A stretch of DNA of 64,000 nt from an uncultured Spirochaetota bacterium (GTDB taxonomy: Bacteria; Spirochaetota; Spirochaetia; SZUA-6; Fen-1364). A program made the position numbers and the translations under genes. Every line of letters starts with the position of its first letter. Position 1 is the first letter of the stretch. Positions 55,900 to 64,000 of this stretch are shown here, piece by piece. Under the pieces are notes generated by a model. That model made no database searches. It was given only the letters and a program-made list of their open reading frames with translations, and had not been told where the DNA came from. The stretch lies in NCBI GenBank assembly GCA_963845535.1, contig CAWJSK010000012.1, positions 722,339 through 786,338 of the forward strand, given 5' to 3'.

Positions 55900-57117
55900 A
55901 TGCCTCAGGGTACGGCGCGGCGGTTTCTCGCCGAAGGGCACCTGATCGACTCCGGGCTTCTCACCCGGATGCTCAACCTCATTGTCGACTCTGGCGCCGA
56001 CTACGAAGTCGTCACCTTCCACATGGGCAAAGTCCGCACGGACCCCTCCCGTCTCGAGCTCGAGGTGAAATGCGCCAGCGACGAGCAGCTCGCCTCTCTC
56101 ACCGGCCTCCTCGTCTCCCAGGGCTGTTACGAAAAATCCGTCGGGGAGGCGCTCCTGCGCCTGGCAGCAAAGGATTCGTGCGTCCCCGAGGACTTCTATG
56201 CCACCACCAACCGGCGGACACAGGTCTTCCGGGAAGGAGCCTGGCAGGACGTTACCGAGATGCGCATGGACGGGGTGATCGTTGCCGAAAGCCTTGGGCT
56301 GCGCTGCCGCTTGATCCGTGACGTGAAGGAAGGGGATCGGATCGTCTGCACCAGCCGTTCCGTTCGGGTTTTCCCCCTGTTTCGAGACGAAGAAAGCGAA
56401 GAGTTCGGTTTCATGACGAGCGACGTTTCCTCCGAGAGAAGCGTGGATGTCGCCGTCTCCAAGGTTGCGAAGGAGCTGGCCCGGCAAAGGCGGGACGGAG
56501 GAAAAGTCATCATCGTCGGAGGGCCGGTTGTCATCCACACCGGTGGCGGCCCCGCGCTGGCGTCCCTCATCAGCCAGGGCTACGTGTCGGGCCTCCTGGC
56601 CGGCAACGCGCTTGCCGTGCATGACGTCGAAAGCGCCCTGTTCGGAACGTCACTCGGAATCGACCTGACCACGGGAAAACCGGTTCATGAAGGGCACCGC
56701 AACCACATCAGGGCAATCAACGCCATTTTTCGTCATGGCTCCATCCGCGGCGCGGTGGAGGCGGGCGCCATCACCGAAGGCGTGATGTTTGCCTGCGTGA
56801 AGGCGGGCGTGCCCTTCTTCCTTGCCGGGTCACTCCGTGACGACGGCCCGCTGCCCGAGACGGAGATGGACATGCTGCGCGCCCAGCGGCAGTACATGGA
56901 CATGGCGCGGGGAGCGTCCCTCGTCATCATGCTCTCCAGCATGCTGCACTCCATAGCCACCGGAAACATGATCCCCGCGTGGGTCAAGACGATATGCGTT
57001 GACATCAACCCCGCGGTCGTGACAAAACTCTCAGACAGAGGCTCCGGCCAGACCATCGGGATCGTCACCGACGTCGGCCTTTTCCTCAGATCCCTCGCGG
57101 AAAAACTCCAGAGGTAA
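55900..57117 (+). CDS. TIGR00300 / LOR-SDH conserved-region family protein (ornithine cyclodeaminase-like)
   Basis: AEGHLIDSGLLTRMLNLIVDSGADYEVVTFHMGK N-terminal pattern; 405 aa. Confidence 0.65.
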   Translation: MPQGTARRFLAEGHLIDSGLLTRMLNLIVDSGADYEVVTFHMGKVRTDPSRLELEVKCASDEQLASLTGLLVSQGCYEKSVGEALLRLAAKDSCVPEDFYATTNRRTQVFREGAWQDVTEMRMDGVIVAESLGLRCRLIRDVKEGDRIVCTSRSVRVFPLFRDEESEEFGFMTSDVSSERSVDVAVSKVAKELARQRRDGGKVIIVGGPVVIHTGGGPALASLISQGYVSGLLAGNALAVHDVESALFGTSLGIDLTTGKPVHEGHRNHIRAINAIFRHGSIRGAVEAGAITEGVMFACVKAGVPFFLAGSLRDDGPLPETEMDMLRAQRQYMDMARGASLVIMLSSMLHSIATGNMIPAWVKTICVDINPAVVTKLSDRGSGQTIGIVTDVGLFLRSLAEKLQR

Positions 57118-57124
57118 GACGTCA

Positions 57125-58699
57125 ATGGACACACAGAGCGCGAACGCGCGCAATGCATCTCCTCCCGCCCGTGAACTGCATCCCCTGGAGGTGAAGGTTC
57201 TTCTGCACGCCGCGGAGGGCGCGGAGGTAACCCAGGCCAGCCTCATAGCGGAGCTCTCGTACAACATCGGGCAGGCCAACCAGGCGCTGAGCTGGCTGGC
57301 GGCAAAAGGGTTCGCGGCGGAGAAGTCCCGCGCCACCCGGGTGCTCTACGAGATCACGGACTTCGGCAGGGAATGCCTGGAAAAAGGCACCTATGAGGAG
57401 CGGATCATCAGGCTCCTTTCCGCGGAGGGGCCGCAGAGCCTCCCTGAGATCGCAAAGAAGCTCGGGCTGGACCCCAAGGACGTGGGTTCCGCTTTCGGCG
57501 GGCTGTCAAAGGAAAAAGTCCTCAGCATGGACGGGGAGAAGCGCGCCGCCGTTGCCCCGGGGTCTGGCGCCACCGGCTCCGTGGACGCCGTGCGCGCGCT
57601 CCTGGCCAAGGCTGCCCACGCCGGCGCGCTGGACGAACGGACGCTTTCCCCCCGGGAAAAGGAGCTCGCTTCTTCTCTTGCAAAAAAAAGAGGAAGCGCT
57701 ACCAGCCTCTTCCGCCTGGTGGAGCGGGAGGAAGTGTCCTACGTCATCACCCCCTCGGGCGCGGAGGCGCGCGTTCAGCTTCAGAAGGCGGGGACAACGG
57801 GAGAAGAGGTGGGTAACCTCACCCCCGACATGCTGAGGACGGAAGCCTGGAAGAACGCGCATTTTCGCCGCTACAACATCGACGTTCCCCCCACGCGGGT
57901 GCTGCCCGGCAGGAGCAACCCCTACTGCGTGTTCCTCGAGCGTCTCAAGGACAAGCTCTCCTCTCTTGGCTTCGAGGAGTTCGATGGTCCGCTCGTTGAA
58001 ACAGAGTTCTGGAACGGGGACGCGCTCTTCATGCCGCAGTTCCACTCCGCGCGGGACATCCACGACGTCTACTCCATGAAGGACCCCACGCACGCAAAGG
58101 AGATCGAGCAGCCCTGGCTGGACCAGGTGGCGGCAACGCATGAGAGCGGCTGGAAGACGGGCAGCAGGGGCTGGGGATACGGGTTTGACCGGGAGTTCAC
58201 CCGAAGGCTCATCCTCCGCAGCCAGGGAACGGTGCTGTCCGCCAAGACGCTTCCGCACGCGAAGGTGCCGGGGAAATACTTCGGCGTGGTTCGCTGCTTC
58301 CGATACGACAAGGTGGATGCCACTCACCTCGCGGACTTCTACCAGACCGAGGGGATCGTCCTGGGTGAAGAGGTCAACCTTCGCACGCTCCTGGGCCTCC
58401 TCAAGATGTTCGCGGAAGAGGTGGCCATGGCAAAGGAAGTGAAATACGTGCCCGGCTTCTTCCCGTTCACCGAGCCTTCCGTGGAGGTGCACATCAAGCA
58501 TCCCACGCTCGGCTGGTTCGAGCTGGGCGGGTCGGGGATCTTCCGGCCCGAGGTGACCGAGCCGCTGGGCGTGAAGGTCCCCGTGCTCGCATGGGGCCTG
58601 GGGATCGACAGGATGGCATTGACATCCATGGGGCTGCATGACATCCGGGACCTGTTCTCGAGCTCCATTGAGGACGTGCGCACCAGGAGGATGGGCTGA
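57125..58699 (+). CDS. pheS: Phenylalanine--tRNA ligase alpha subunit, archaeal/eukaryal type
   Basis: 524 aa with a long N-terminal winged-helix region. Class II core motifs FMPQFHSARD, VVRCFRYDKVDATHLADFYQTEG and GGSGIFRPEV. Confidence 0.93.
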   Translation: MDTQSANARNASPPARELHPLEVKVLLHAAEGAEVTQASLIAELSYNIGQANQALSWLAAKGFAAEKSRATRVLYEITDFGRECLEKGTYEERIIRLLSAEGPQSLPEIAKKLGLDPKDVGSAFGGLSKEKVLSMDGEKRAAVAPGSGATGSVDAVRALLAKAAHAGALDERTLSPREKELASSLAKKRGSATSLFRLVEREEVSYVITPSGAEARVQLQKAGTTGEEVGNLTPDMLRTEAWKNAHFRRYNIDVPPTRVLPGRSNPYCVFLERLKDKLSSLGFEEFDGPLVETEFWNGDALFMPQFHSARDIHDVYSMKDPTHAKEIEQPWLDQVAATHESGWKTGSRGWGYGFDREFTRRLILRSQGTVLSAKTLPHAKVPGKYFGVVRCFRYDKVDATHLADFYQTEGIVLGEEVNLRTLLGLLKMFAEEVAMAKEVKYVPGFFPFTEPSVEVHIKHPTLGWFELGGSGIFRPEVTEPLGVKVPVLAWGLGIDRMALTSMGLHDIRDLFSSSIEDVRTRRMG

Positions 58700-58703
58700 C
58701 ACC

Positions 58704-60404
58704 ATGCCGAAAATCGACGTCAACGAAAAGCTTTTCTTCCGCGCGCTCGGGAAAAGGTTCACCAAAGAGGAGCTTACGGAGCTTCTCACCGCGGCCAAGG
58801 CGGAGCTGGATGACTGGCCGGAGGGAGAGGGCGTCCTTCGCATCGAGCTGAATGACACGAACAGGCCGGACCTGTGGTCTACCATGGGCCTTGCGCGCCA
58901 GCTTTCCATCTATCGCGGCGGCAAGATTCCCGCGTATCCGTTCTTCTCCCGGGAAGGCAAGATCCAGAAGACGGATGACCGGAGCGTGGTTGTGGACGCC
59001 GGACTGAAAGAGATCAGGCCGTATATCGCGTCATTCGTGGCGGAGGGGCAGGAGGTCACGGACGCGCTCCTTCGGGAGATCATCCAGTCCCAGGAGAAGC
59101 TCTGCGGCAACTTCGGTCGGAAGCGGAAGACCATAGCCATGGGCGTCTCCCGCGCGGACCTCATCCACTGGCCGGTGCGCTACGACGCGGCTGATCCGGA
59201 TGCAACGAAGTTCGTCCCGCTGGACTTCCAGAAACCCCTCTCAATGCGGGAGATCCTTTCCCAGCACCCCAAGGGCCGGGAGTACGGCCCGCTTGTTGCG
59301 GGCTTCCCGAAGTTTCCGCTTCTCTCTGACGGCACGGGTGAGGTCCTCACGTTCCCGCCCGTCATCAACTCCGCCCTCATTGGCGGCGTGCGCATTGGAG
59401 ACAGCAGGCTATTCATCGACCTGACCGGTCCTGACCTGGACACCATCCTCATGGCGGCTTCGGTCACCGCGTGCGACTTCGCAGACATGGGCTTCACGGT
59501 CATGCCGGTGGCGGTCCAGTATCCATTCGACACCCCCTACGGCCGCACAATCGTCACTCCGTTCTATTTTCAAAAGGCCACCACGGTGGAGGTGGCGGAC
59601 GCTGAGAAGCGGCTCGGCCAGAAGTTCTCCCCGTTGGAAGCCGCGGGACACGTCAGGAAGATGGGCAACACGGTGAAAGTGGACGGCGCAAAGCTCATCG
59701 TCTCCCCGCCGGAGTACCGCAATGATTTTCTCCATCCCGTGGACGTGATAGAGGAGATCATGATCGGGCGCGGAATGGAGACCTTCGAGCCCGTCATGCC
59801 CCGGGACTTCACGGTGGGCCGGATTTCCGAGGCGGAATGGCACGCGCGCAGCGTGAGGGAAACGATGATCGGCCTCGGATACCAGGAGATGATCTACGGG
59901 TATCTGGGGGCGCGCAAGGATTTTGTCGAACGGATGGGCATTGACGGGCGGGACGTCATCGAGATCTCCAACCCCATGACGGAAAGCTACGACATTGTCC
60001 GAAACTCAATCCTCCCGAACCTCCTCACCTCGGAATCCGTTTCCGCGCACGCCGCCTACCCGCACCGCATCTTCGAGGTGGGCAAGGTCGTGGTGCGTGA
60101 CCCGAAAGAGAACTACGGGTCCCGCACGCACAACACGCTGGCATTCCTCGTGGCGGACCGGGAGACAGGCTTCAACGAAGTGGATGCGCACCTGCTGGCG
60201 CTCTTCTATTACATGTCCCTGGAGCCGCAGCTTTCACCCCTGGAGGACCCGCGTTTCATCCCCGGCAGGGCTGCGGAGATTCGCGTCAAGGGAAAAAAAG
60301 TCGGAATCATGGGGGAGCTTCATCCGCAGTGTCTCGAGAACTGGGGCATCCAGATGCCGTGCGCCGCGGTTGAGCTTTCCCTGGACCTCATGCGGGAGGA
60401 GTAG
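58704..60404 (+). CDS. pheT: Phenylalanine--tRNA ligase beta subunit, archaeal type
   Basis: MPKIDVNEKLFFRALGKRFTKEEL N-terminus; 566 aa, shorter than the ~800-aa bacterial type. ATG 58704 is 4 nt after the pheS stop. Confidence 0.9.
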   Translation: MPKIDVNEKLFFRALGKRFTKEELTELLTAAKAELDDWPEGEGVLRIELNDTNRPDLWSTMGLARQLSIYRGGKIPAYPFFSREGKIQKTDDRSVVVDAGLKEIRPYIASFVAEGQEVTDALLREIIQSQEKLCGNFGRKRKTIAMGVSRADLIHWPVRYDAADPDATKFVPLDFQKPLSMREILSQHPKGREYGPLVAGFPKFPLLSDGTGEVLTFPPVINSALIGGVRIGDSRLFIDLTGPDLDTILMAASVTACDFADMGFTVMPVAVQYPFDTPYGRTIVTPFYFQKATTVEVADAEKRLGQKFSPLEAAGHVRKMGNTVKVDGAKLIVSPPEYRNDFLHPVDVIEEIMIGRGMETFEPVMPRDFTVGRISEAEWHARSVRETMIGLGYQEMIYGYLGARKDFVERMGIDGRDVIEISNPMTESYDIVRNSILPNLLTSESVSAHAAYPHRIFEVGKVVVRDPKENYGSRTHNTLAFLVADRETGFNEVDAHLLALFYYMSLEPQLSPLEDPRFIPGRAAEIRVKGKKVGIMGELHPQCLENWGIQMPCAAVELSLDLMREE

Positions 60405-60407
60405 GCC

Positions 60408-60896
60408 ATGGACGTGAACGTCACCTCGGTTGCCGTCACATTCCCGGAAGGCGCCAACATCATCGTCGGCCAGTCTCACTTCATAAAGACCGCTGAAGAC
60501 ATCGCGGAGATCATGAGCTCTTCGGTGCCGGGAGCGAAATTCGGCCTGGCATTCTGCGAGGCTTCCGGTCCGTGCCTGATCAGGACTGAAGGCAATGATG
60601 AAACCCTCGTTGCGGAAGCGGTCCGCGCCGCGGAGGCGGTGGGCGCCGGCCACTCTTTTTTCCTGATCATCCGTGACTCGTATCCCATCAACGTCCTCAA
60701 CCAGATCAAGTCATGTCAGGAAGTGTGCCGCATCTTCTGCGCCACGGCGAACCCTCTCCAAGTGCTCGTGGGCGGCACCGGGCAGGGCAAGGGGATCATG
60801 GGCGTCGTGGACGGGTTTTCGCCGAAGGGCGTGGAGAAGGACAAAGACAGGATGGATCGAAGGTCCATGCTGCGAAAGTTCGGCTACAAGTTCTAG
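60408..60896 (+). CDS. Adenosine-specific kinase family (PF04008-like) protein
   Basis: IVGQSHFIKTAEDI, FGLAFCEASG, GAGHSFFLII, PINVLNQIK and FCATANPLQVLV. Confidence 0.7.
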   Translation: MDVNVTSVAVTFPEGANIIVGQSHFIKTAEDIAEIMSSSVPGAKFGLAFCEASGPCLIRTEGNDETLVAEAVRAAEAVGAGHSFFLIIRDSYPINVLNQIKSCQEVCRIFCATANPLQVLVGGTGQGKGIMGVVDGFSPKGVEKDKDRMDRRSMLRKFGYKF

Positions 60897-60906
60897 GAGG
60901 TTCGTC

Positions 60907-61719
60907 ATGAAGCGGTTCGCTCTTTTGGCAGGCCTGGCTGCAGCCCTGATGGGTTGCGCGAGCCAGCGTCCCATGGTCACCGTGCAGCCCACCGTGAGCG
61001 TCAGCAATTTCGAATCACTCTCGTTCTCCCCGCAACGAATCGAGTTCGACGCGACAGTCCTCATCCAGAACAACGCGCCGGTGGACCTCGATGTGCAGAA
61101 GGTGGACTGGGCCGCCGACATGTATGACCAGCAGTTGTTCACCGACTCTTTGACCGGATTCAATCAAACGAACGCCCACGGAAGCCGGACCATCTCCCTC
61201 CCGTTTCACATCGCCATGAAGGACGTGATGGCGCAGGCGCCAGACCTCCTGGCGGAAGGGCGGTTGAAGGTGACAATTCGCGGCCAGGTATTCACCGCCG
61301 CGCGTTACGGGCTGGAGCCCGTGCCCTTCACTCAGACACTGGAGATCCCGATCATCAAGCTGCCTGACGTGGCATACGTCGGGTCAGACGGTGAGCCTTT
61401 TTCAAATGCGTTCAGGCTCAACTTCAAGCTCACGAACACGAACGACTTCCCAATCACGCTGTTGTCCGTCAGGACTTTCCTTGCCATAAACGAAAAGAAA
61501 TACTCCCTGCTGCACACGCAAGGCTCCGTCGACATACCGCCGGGGCAGACGCTGCCCGTTGCGCTCCAGATGGAGAACTCTCCGGGAAAGACCTTGAGCA
61601 TGGCGCTCAATCTCGCTCAGCATCCGAACCCGAGCTTCTCCGTCAACGGAACCGCGACGTTCAAGACTCCCTATGGGTTCATCTACATCCCGTTGAGCCT
61701 CGAAGAAATCCTTCAGTGA
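60907..61719 (+). CDS. Lipoprotein with tandem LEA_2 (water-stress/NDR1-HIN1-like) domains
   Basis: Lipobox LAAALMG-C and two beta-sandwich-like halves (FDATVLIQNNAPVDL, FKLTNTNDFPITL). Confidence 0.6.
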   Translation: MKRFALLAGLAAALMGCASQRPMVTVQPTVSVSNFESLSFSPQRIEFDATVLIQNNAPVDLDVQKVDWAADMYDQQLFTDSLTGFNQTNAHGSRTISLPFHIAMKDVMAQAPDLLAEGRLKVTIRGQVFTAARYGLEPVPFTQTLEIPIIKLPDVAYVGSDGEPFSNAFRLNFKLTNTNDFPITLLSVRTFLAINEKKYSLLHTQGSVDIPPGQTLPVALQMENSPGKTLSMALNLAQHPNPSFSVNGTATFKTPYGFIYIPLSLEEILQ

Positions 61720-62576
61720 GACGAGTTATCGGGCATCCAGGCCTTGGCCCGATCCTTCAGGAGCTTGCTGAATGACATGCGCGGCACAGCCTGCGGAGGG
61801 CGGGCGGCAATCGTGATCTTCTGGCCTGTAGCAGGGTTGACGCCCACACGGGCTTTTCGAGGGGGCTGCTCCCGCAGAAACAGCCTTCCGAGTCTCCCCA
61901 GCCTGACTCTCTGCCCCAGGAGCATTCCCGCCTGCAGGAGCATGTGGTAGTCCTCGATGAGCTGCCGCGCCTGCCGCTTGCTCAAGGCGTTTTTCTCCGC
62001 CAGGTAGGCGATCATGGATTTCGTCGTCATGAGCTCCGGAAAACCCGTCCCCGGCGCCGCGACGGTCCGGTTGATCTTCACAAAGCCGCTGGTGAGATAG
62101 ATCGTGGCCTCGCGGATCCGCCTGGCCTGCTCATCCGGGGGAAGGCCGGGATCACAGGCCGCGATCTTCAGGAGCGCGGAAGTCCTTTTCAAGGGCCCCG
62201 CGGAAAACTCCGCTTCCCGGTCCACGGCAAGCCCCTGGGGGAAGTCCACGCGGTTCAGGAGAAGCACGTGAGGGACGTCCGTGCGCATCTCGACGCTCGC
62301 GTACTCCCCGCGCCTCCCTTCCGAGCCCGAAGGCTCAAGGCTGACCAGAGAGCCCGACCACGTAAGCAGGAGGACGCCGCGAGAGTCGCCCGCGGCAAGA
62401 GAGGCAAGCTCCTGCATGTCCAGGGCGCGGGCCTGATCCTCGAACATCCGCCTCTTCGAAAGCCACGCGGCTCCCATGCGCTGGAGGGACTCCTCGGTGT
62501 CGGGAAGACCCGAGCTTCGGACAAGCGCAACGAGGTGCTCGCGAATAGGCTTGCTGATACCTGCCACATCATCCAT
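61713..62576 (-). CDS. HU/IHF-fold DNA-binding domain fused to a ~190-aa unknown N-terminal domain
   Basis: The C-terminal MIAYLAEKNALSKRQARQLIEDYHMLLQAGMLLGQRVRLGRLGRLFLREQPPRKARVGVNPATGQKITIAARP matches the HU pattern. AGAGGAGG RBS before ATG 62576. Confidence 0.7.
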   Translation of the reverse strand: MDDVAGISKPIREHLVALVRSSGLPDTEESLQRMGAAWLSKRRMFEDQARALDMQELASLAAGDSRGVLLLTWSGSLVSLEPSGSEGRRGEYASVEMRTDVPHVLLLNRVDFPQGLAVDREAEFSAGPLKRTSALLKIAACDPGLPPDEQARRIREATIYLTSGFVKINRTVAAPGTGFPELMTTKSMIAYLAEKNALSKRQARQLIEDYHMLLQAGMLLGQRVRLGRLGRLFLREQPPRKARVGVNPATGQKITIAARPPQAVPRMSFSKLLKDRAKAWMPDNSSH

Positions 62577-62631
62577 AGAACGGCCTCCTCTTGAAAAACG
62601 TAGTGCTCCCCGGGCAAAATCACAACCTGAC

Positions 62632-63468
62632 ATGACGACACTTGAATTGAGCGCCATTCTGGCAGCGGCCTCAGTATGCGCGGGGTTTCTTGGCTCCCTC
62701 ACGGGCCTGGGGGGCGGAGTAGTCATCATCCCGCTCTTGACCCTGGGGCTCGGGATCGACATCCGTTACGCCATTGGCGCTTCGCTCGTCTCGGTCATCG
62801 CAACCTCATCGGGCGCCGCGGCCGCCTACGTCAGGGAAGGTTTCAGCAACATCAGGATCGGCATGTTCCTCGAGGTCGCCACGACGCTCGGCGCCCTGGG
62901 AGGGGCGGCAATCGCCCTGCGCGTGGCCCCGTCGGTCATCGCCGTGATCTTCGGCTGCGTCCTCTTGTACTCGGCATACCAGACTTTCCGCGCGCCTCCG
63001 GCCGACCATGAGAACGTCCCTGAAGACCGCCTGGCGACGCGCCTGGGAATGAACGGGACGTTCCCCACCCCTTCCGGAATCCGCTCGTACAACGTCCGAT
63101 CAGTCCCCGCGGGCTTCGGGCTCATGGCGGTGGCGGGAGTCCTCTCAGGGCTTCTCGGGATCGGCTCAGGCGCCTTGAAGGTCATAGCAATGGACCGTGT
63201 GATGAAAATCCCGTTCAAGGTCTCAACGACCACGAGCAACTTCATGATCGGGGTGACCGCGGCCGCAAGCGCGGGCGTCTACCTCAACCGCGGCTACATC
63301 GACCCCGGGCTCGCCATGCCCATCATGCTCGGCGTGCTCGGCGGCTCCGTGCTGGGCGCGCGCTTCCTGGCCGGGGCCCGCACACAGGTGCTTCGCATCG
63401 TCTTCGCGCTGACCATCGCCGCGCTTGGGGCGGAGATGATCTACAAGGGCGTGGGGGGCGGGCTTTAG
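62632..63468 (+). CDS. TauE/SafE family sulfite/anion exporter
   Basis: GFLGSLTGLGGGVVIIPLL with a repeated second half; about eight TM helices. Confidence 0.85.
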   Translation: MTTLELSAILAAASVCAGFLGSLTGLGGGVVIIPLLTLGLGIDIRYAIGASLVSVIATSSGAAAAYVREGFSNIRIGMFLEVATTLGALGGAAIALRVAPSVIAVIFGCVLLYSAYQTFRAPPADHENVPEDRLATRLGMNGTFPTPSGIRSYNVRSVPAGFGLMAVAGVLSGLLGIGSGALKVIAMDRVMKIPFKVSTTTSNFMIGVTAAASAGVYLNRGYIDPGLAMPIMLGVLGGSVLGARFLAGARTQVLRIVFALTIAALGAEMIYKGVGGGL

Positions 63469-63470
63469 GA

Positions 63471-63857
63471 ATGCGTGAAAAACCGACCTTGAGCGATCAT
63501 CGCGTGGAAAACATCATCGGCAACCTGCTCAGGATAGGCGTGATCGTCGCTGCCAGCATCGTCGCCGCGGGGGGAGCTTTTTACCTGTATCGGCGCGCCG
63601 GCGTCATCTCGAACTATGGATCGTTCCGGGGGGAGCCTGCTTTCCTCGAGCACATCGGGTCGGTTCTGGCTGCCGCAACGAGCCTGCGCGCCGACGCGGT
63701 GATCCAGCTCGGCCTCCTCGTCCTGATTGCCGTCCCCATCTTCCGGGTGGCTGTGTCGATCATCGCCTTCCTGCTGAAGCGCGACTGGCTCTACAGCGTG
63801 GTGACGGCAATCGTGCTGGCGGTCCTCCTGTTCGCTCTCCTGGGGGGCATGGTCTAA
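63471..63857 (+). CDS. DUF1634 membrane protein
   Basis: VENIIGNLLRIGVIVAASIVAAGG with four TM helices. This is the usual partner downstream of TauE. Confidence 0.7.
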   Translation: MREKPTLSDHRVENIIGNLLRIGVIVAASIVAAGGAFYLYRRAGVISNYGSFRGEPAFLEHIGSVLAAATSLRADAVIQLGLLVLIAVPIFRVAVSIIAFLLKRDWLYSVVTAIVLAVLLFALLGGMV

Positions 63858-63871
63858 GCATGCGGCAACGC

Positions 63872-64000
63872 TCAGCCTTCTTCCCGGCCGTCTTTCCTCC
63901 AGATCTCCGCCGCGCTCGCAAAATGGCTGCGGAGGAGACCGACGGCGCGTGACGGATCCTTTTGCAGGCAGGAGAGCACGTCCGCGTGCATCTCCGCCCA
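63872..64000 (-). CDS. 3' end of a gene running off the window (possibly the FCD/GntR-type C-terminal domain)
   Basis: The minus-strand frame from 64000 reads WAEMHADVLSCLQKDPSRAVGLLRSHFASAAEIWRKDGREEG and stops at TGA 63872-63874. Only 42 aa are visible. Confidence 0.35.
   Translation of the reverse strand, partial: WAEMHADVLSCLQKDPSRAVGLLRSHFASAAEIWRKDGREEG

Overview
This is a 64-kb high-GC bacterial chromosomal window with about 65 protein-coding genes. I saw no rRNA, tRNA, CRISPR array, IS element or prophage genes. Housekeeping genes include leuS, an archaeal/spirochaete-type pheS-pheT pair, dapL, ribA, msrA, mtgA, PBP1A, and DAHP synthase with prephenate dehydratase. Signalling content is dense: two sigma54 activators (each near a readable -24/-12 promoter), three histidine kinases, a dCache chemoreceptor, a GGDEF protein and a Ser/Thr kinase. 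A modABC + yqeC-yqeB-yedF-DUF3343-selD-cysteine desulfurase block matches the selenium-dependent molybdenum hydroxylase maturation trait. The stand-out is a ~5-kb low-GC insertion (about 15.1-20.3 kb) carrying a translationally coupled four-gene operon: (1) an N6-adenine DNA methyltransferase; (2) a 687-aa protein fusing an MORC/Hsp90-like GHKL ATPase to a histidine-kinase core; (3) a receiver-domain protein with an unassigned C-terminal domain; (4) a stand-alone ComEC-type metallo-beta-lactamase. I propose it is a phosphorelay-gated, methylation-linked defence or restriction system that matches no named system I know. At least six genes are broken by single-base frame changes, mostly at short G/C runs, and sequence alone cannot tell assembly error from real decay. 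All domain calls come from motif reading of the supplied translations; no database search was run.
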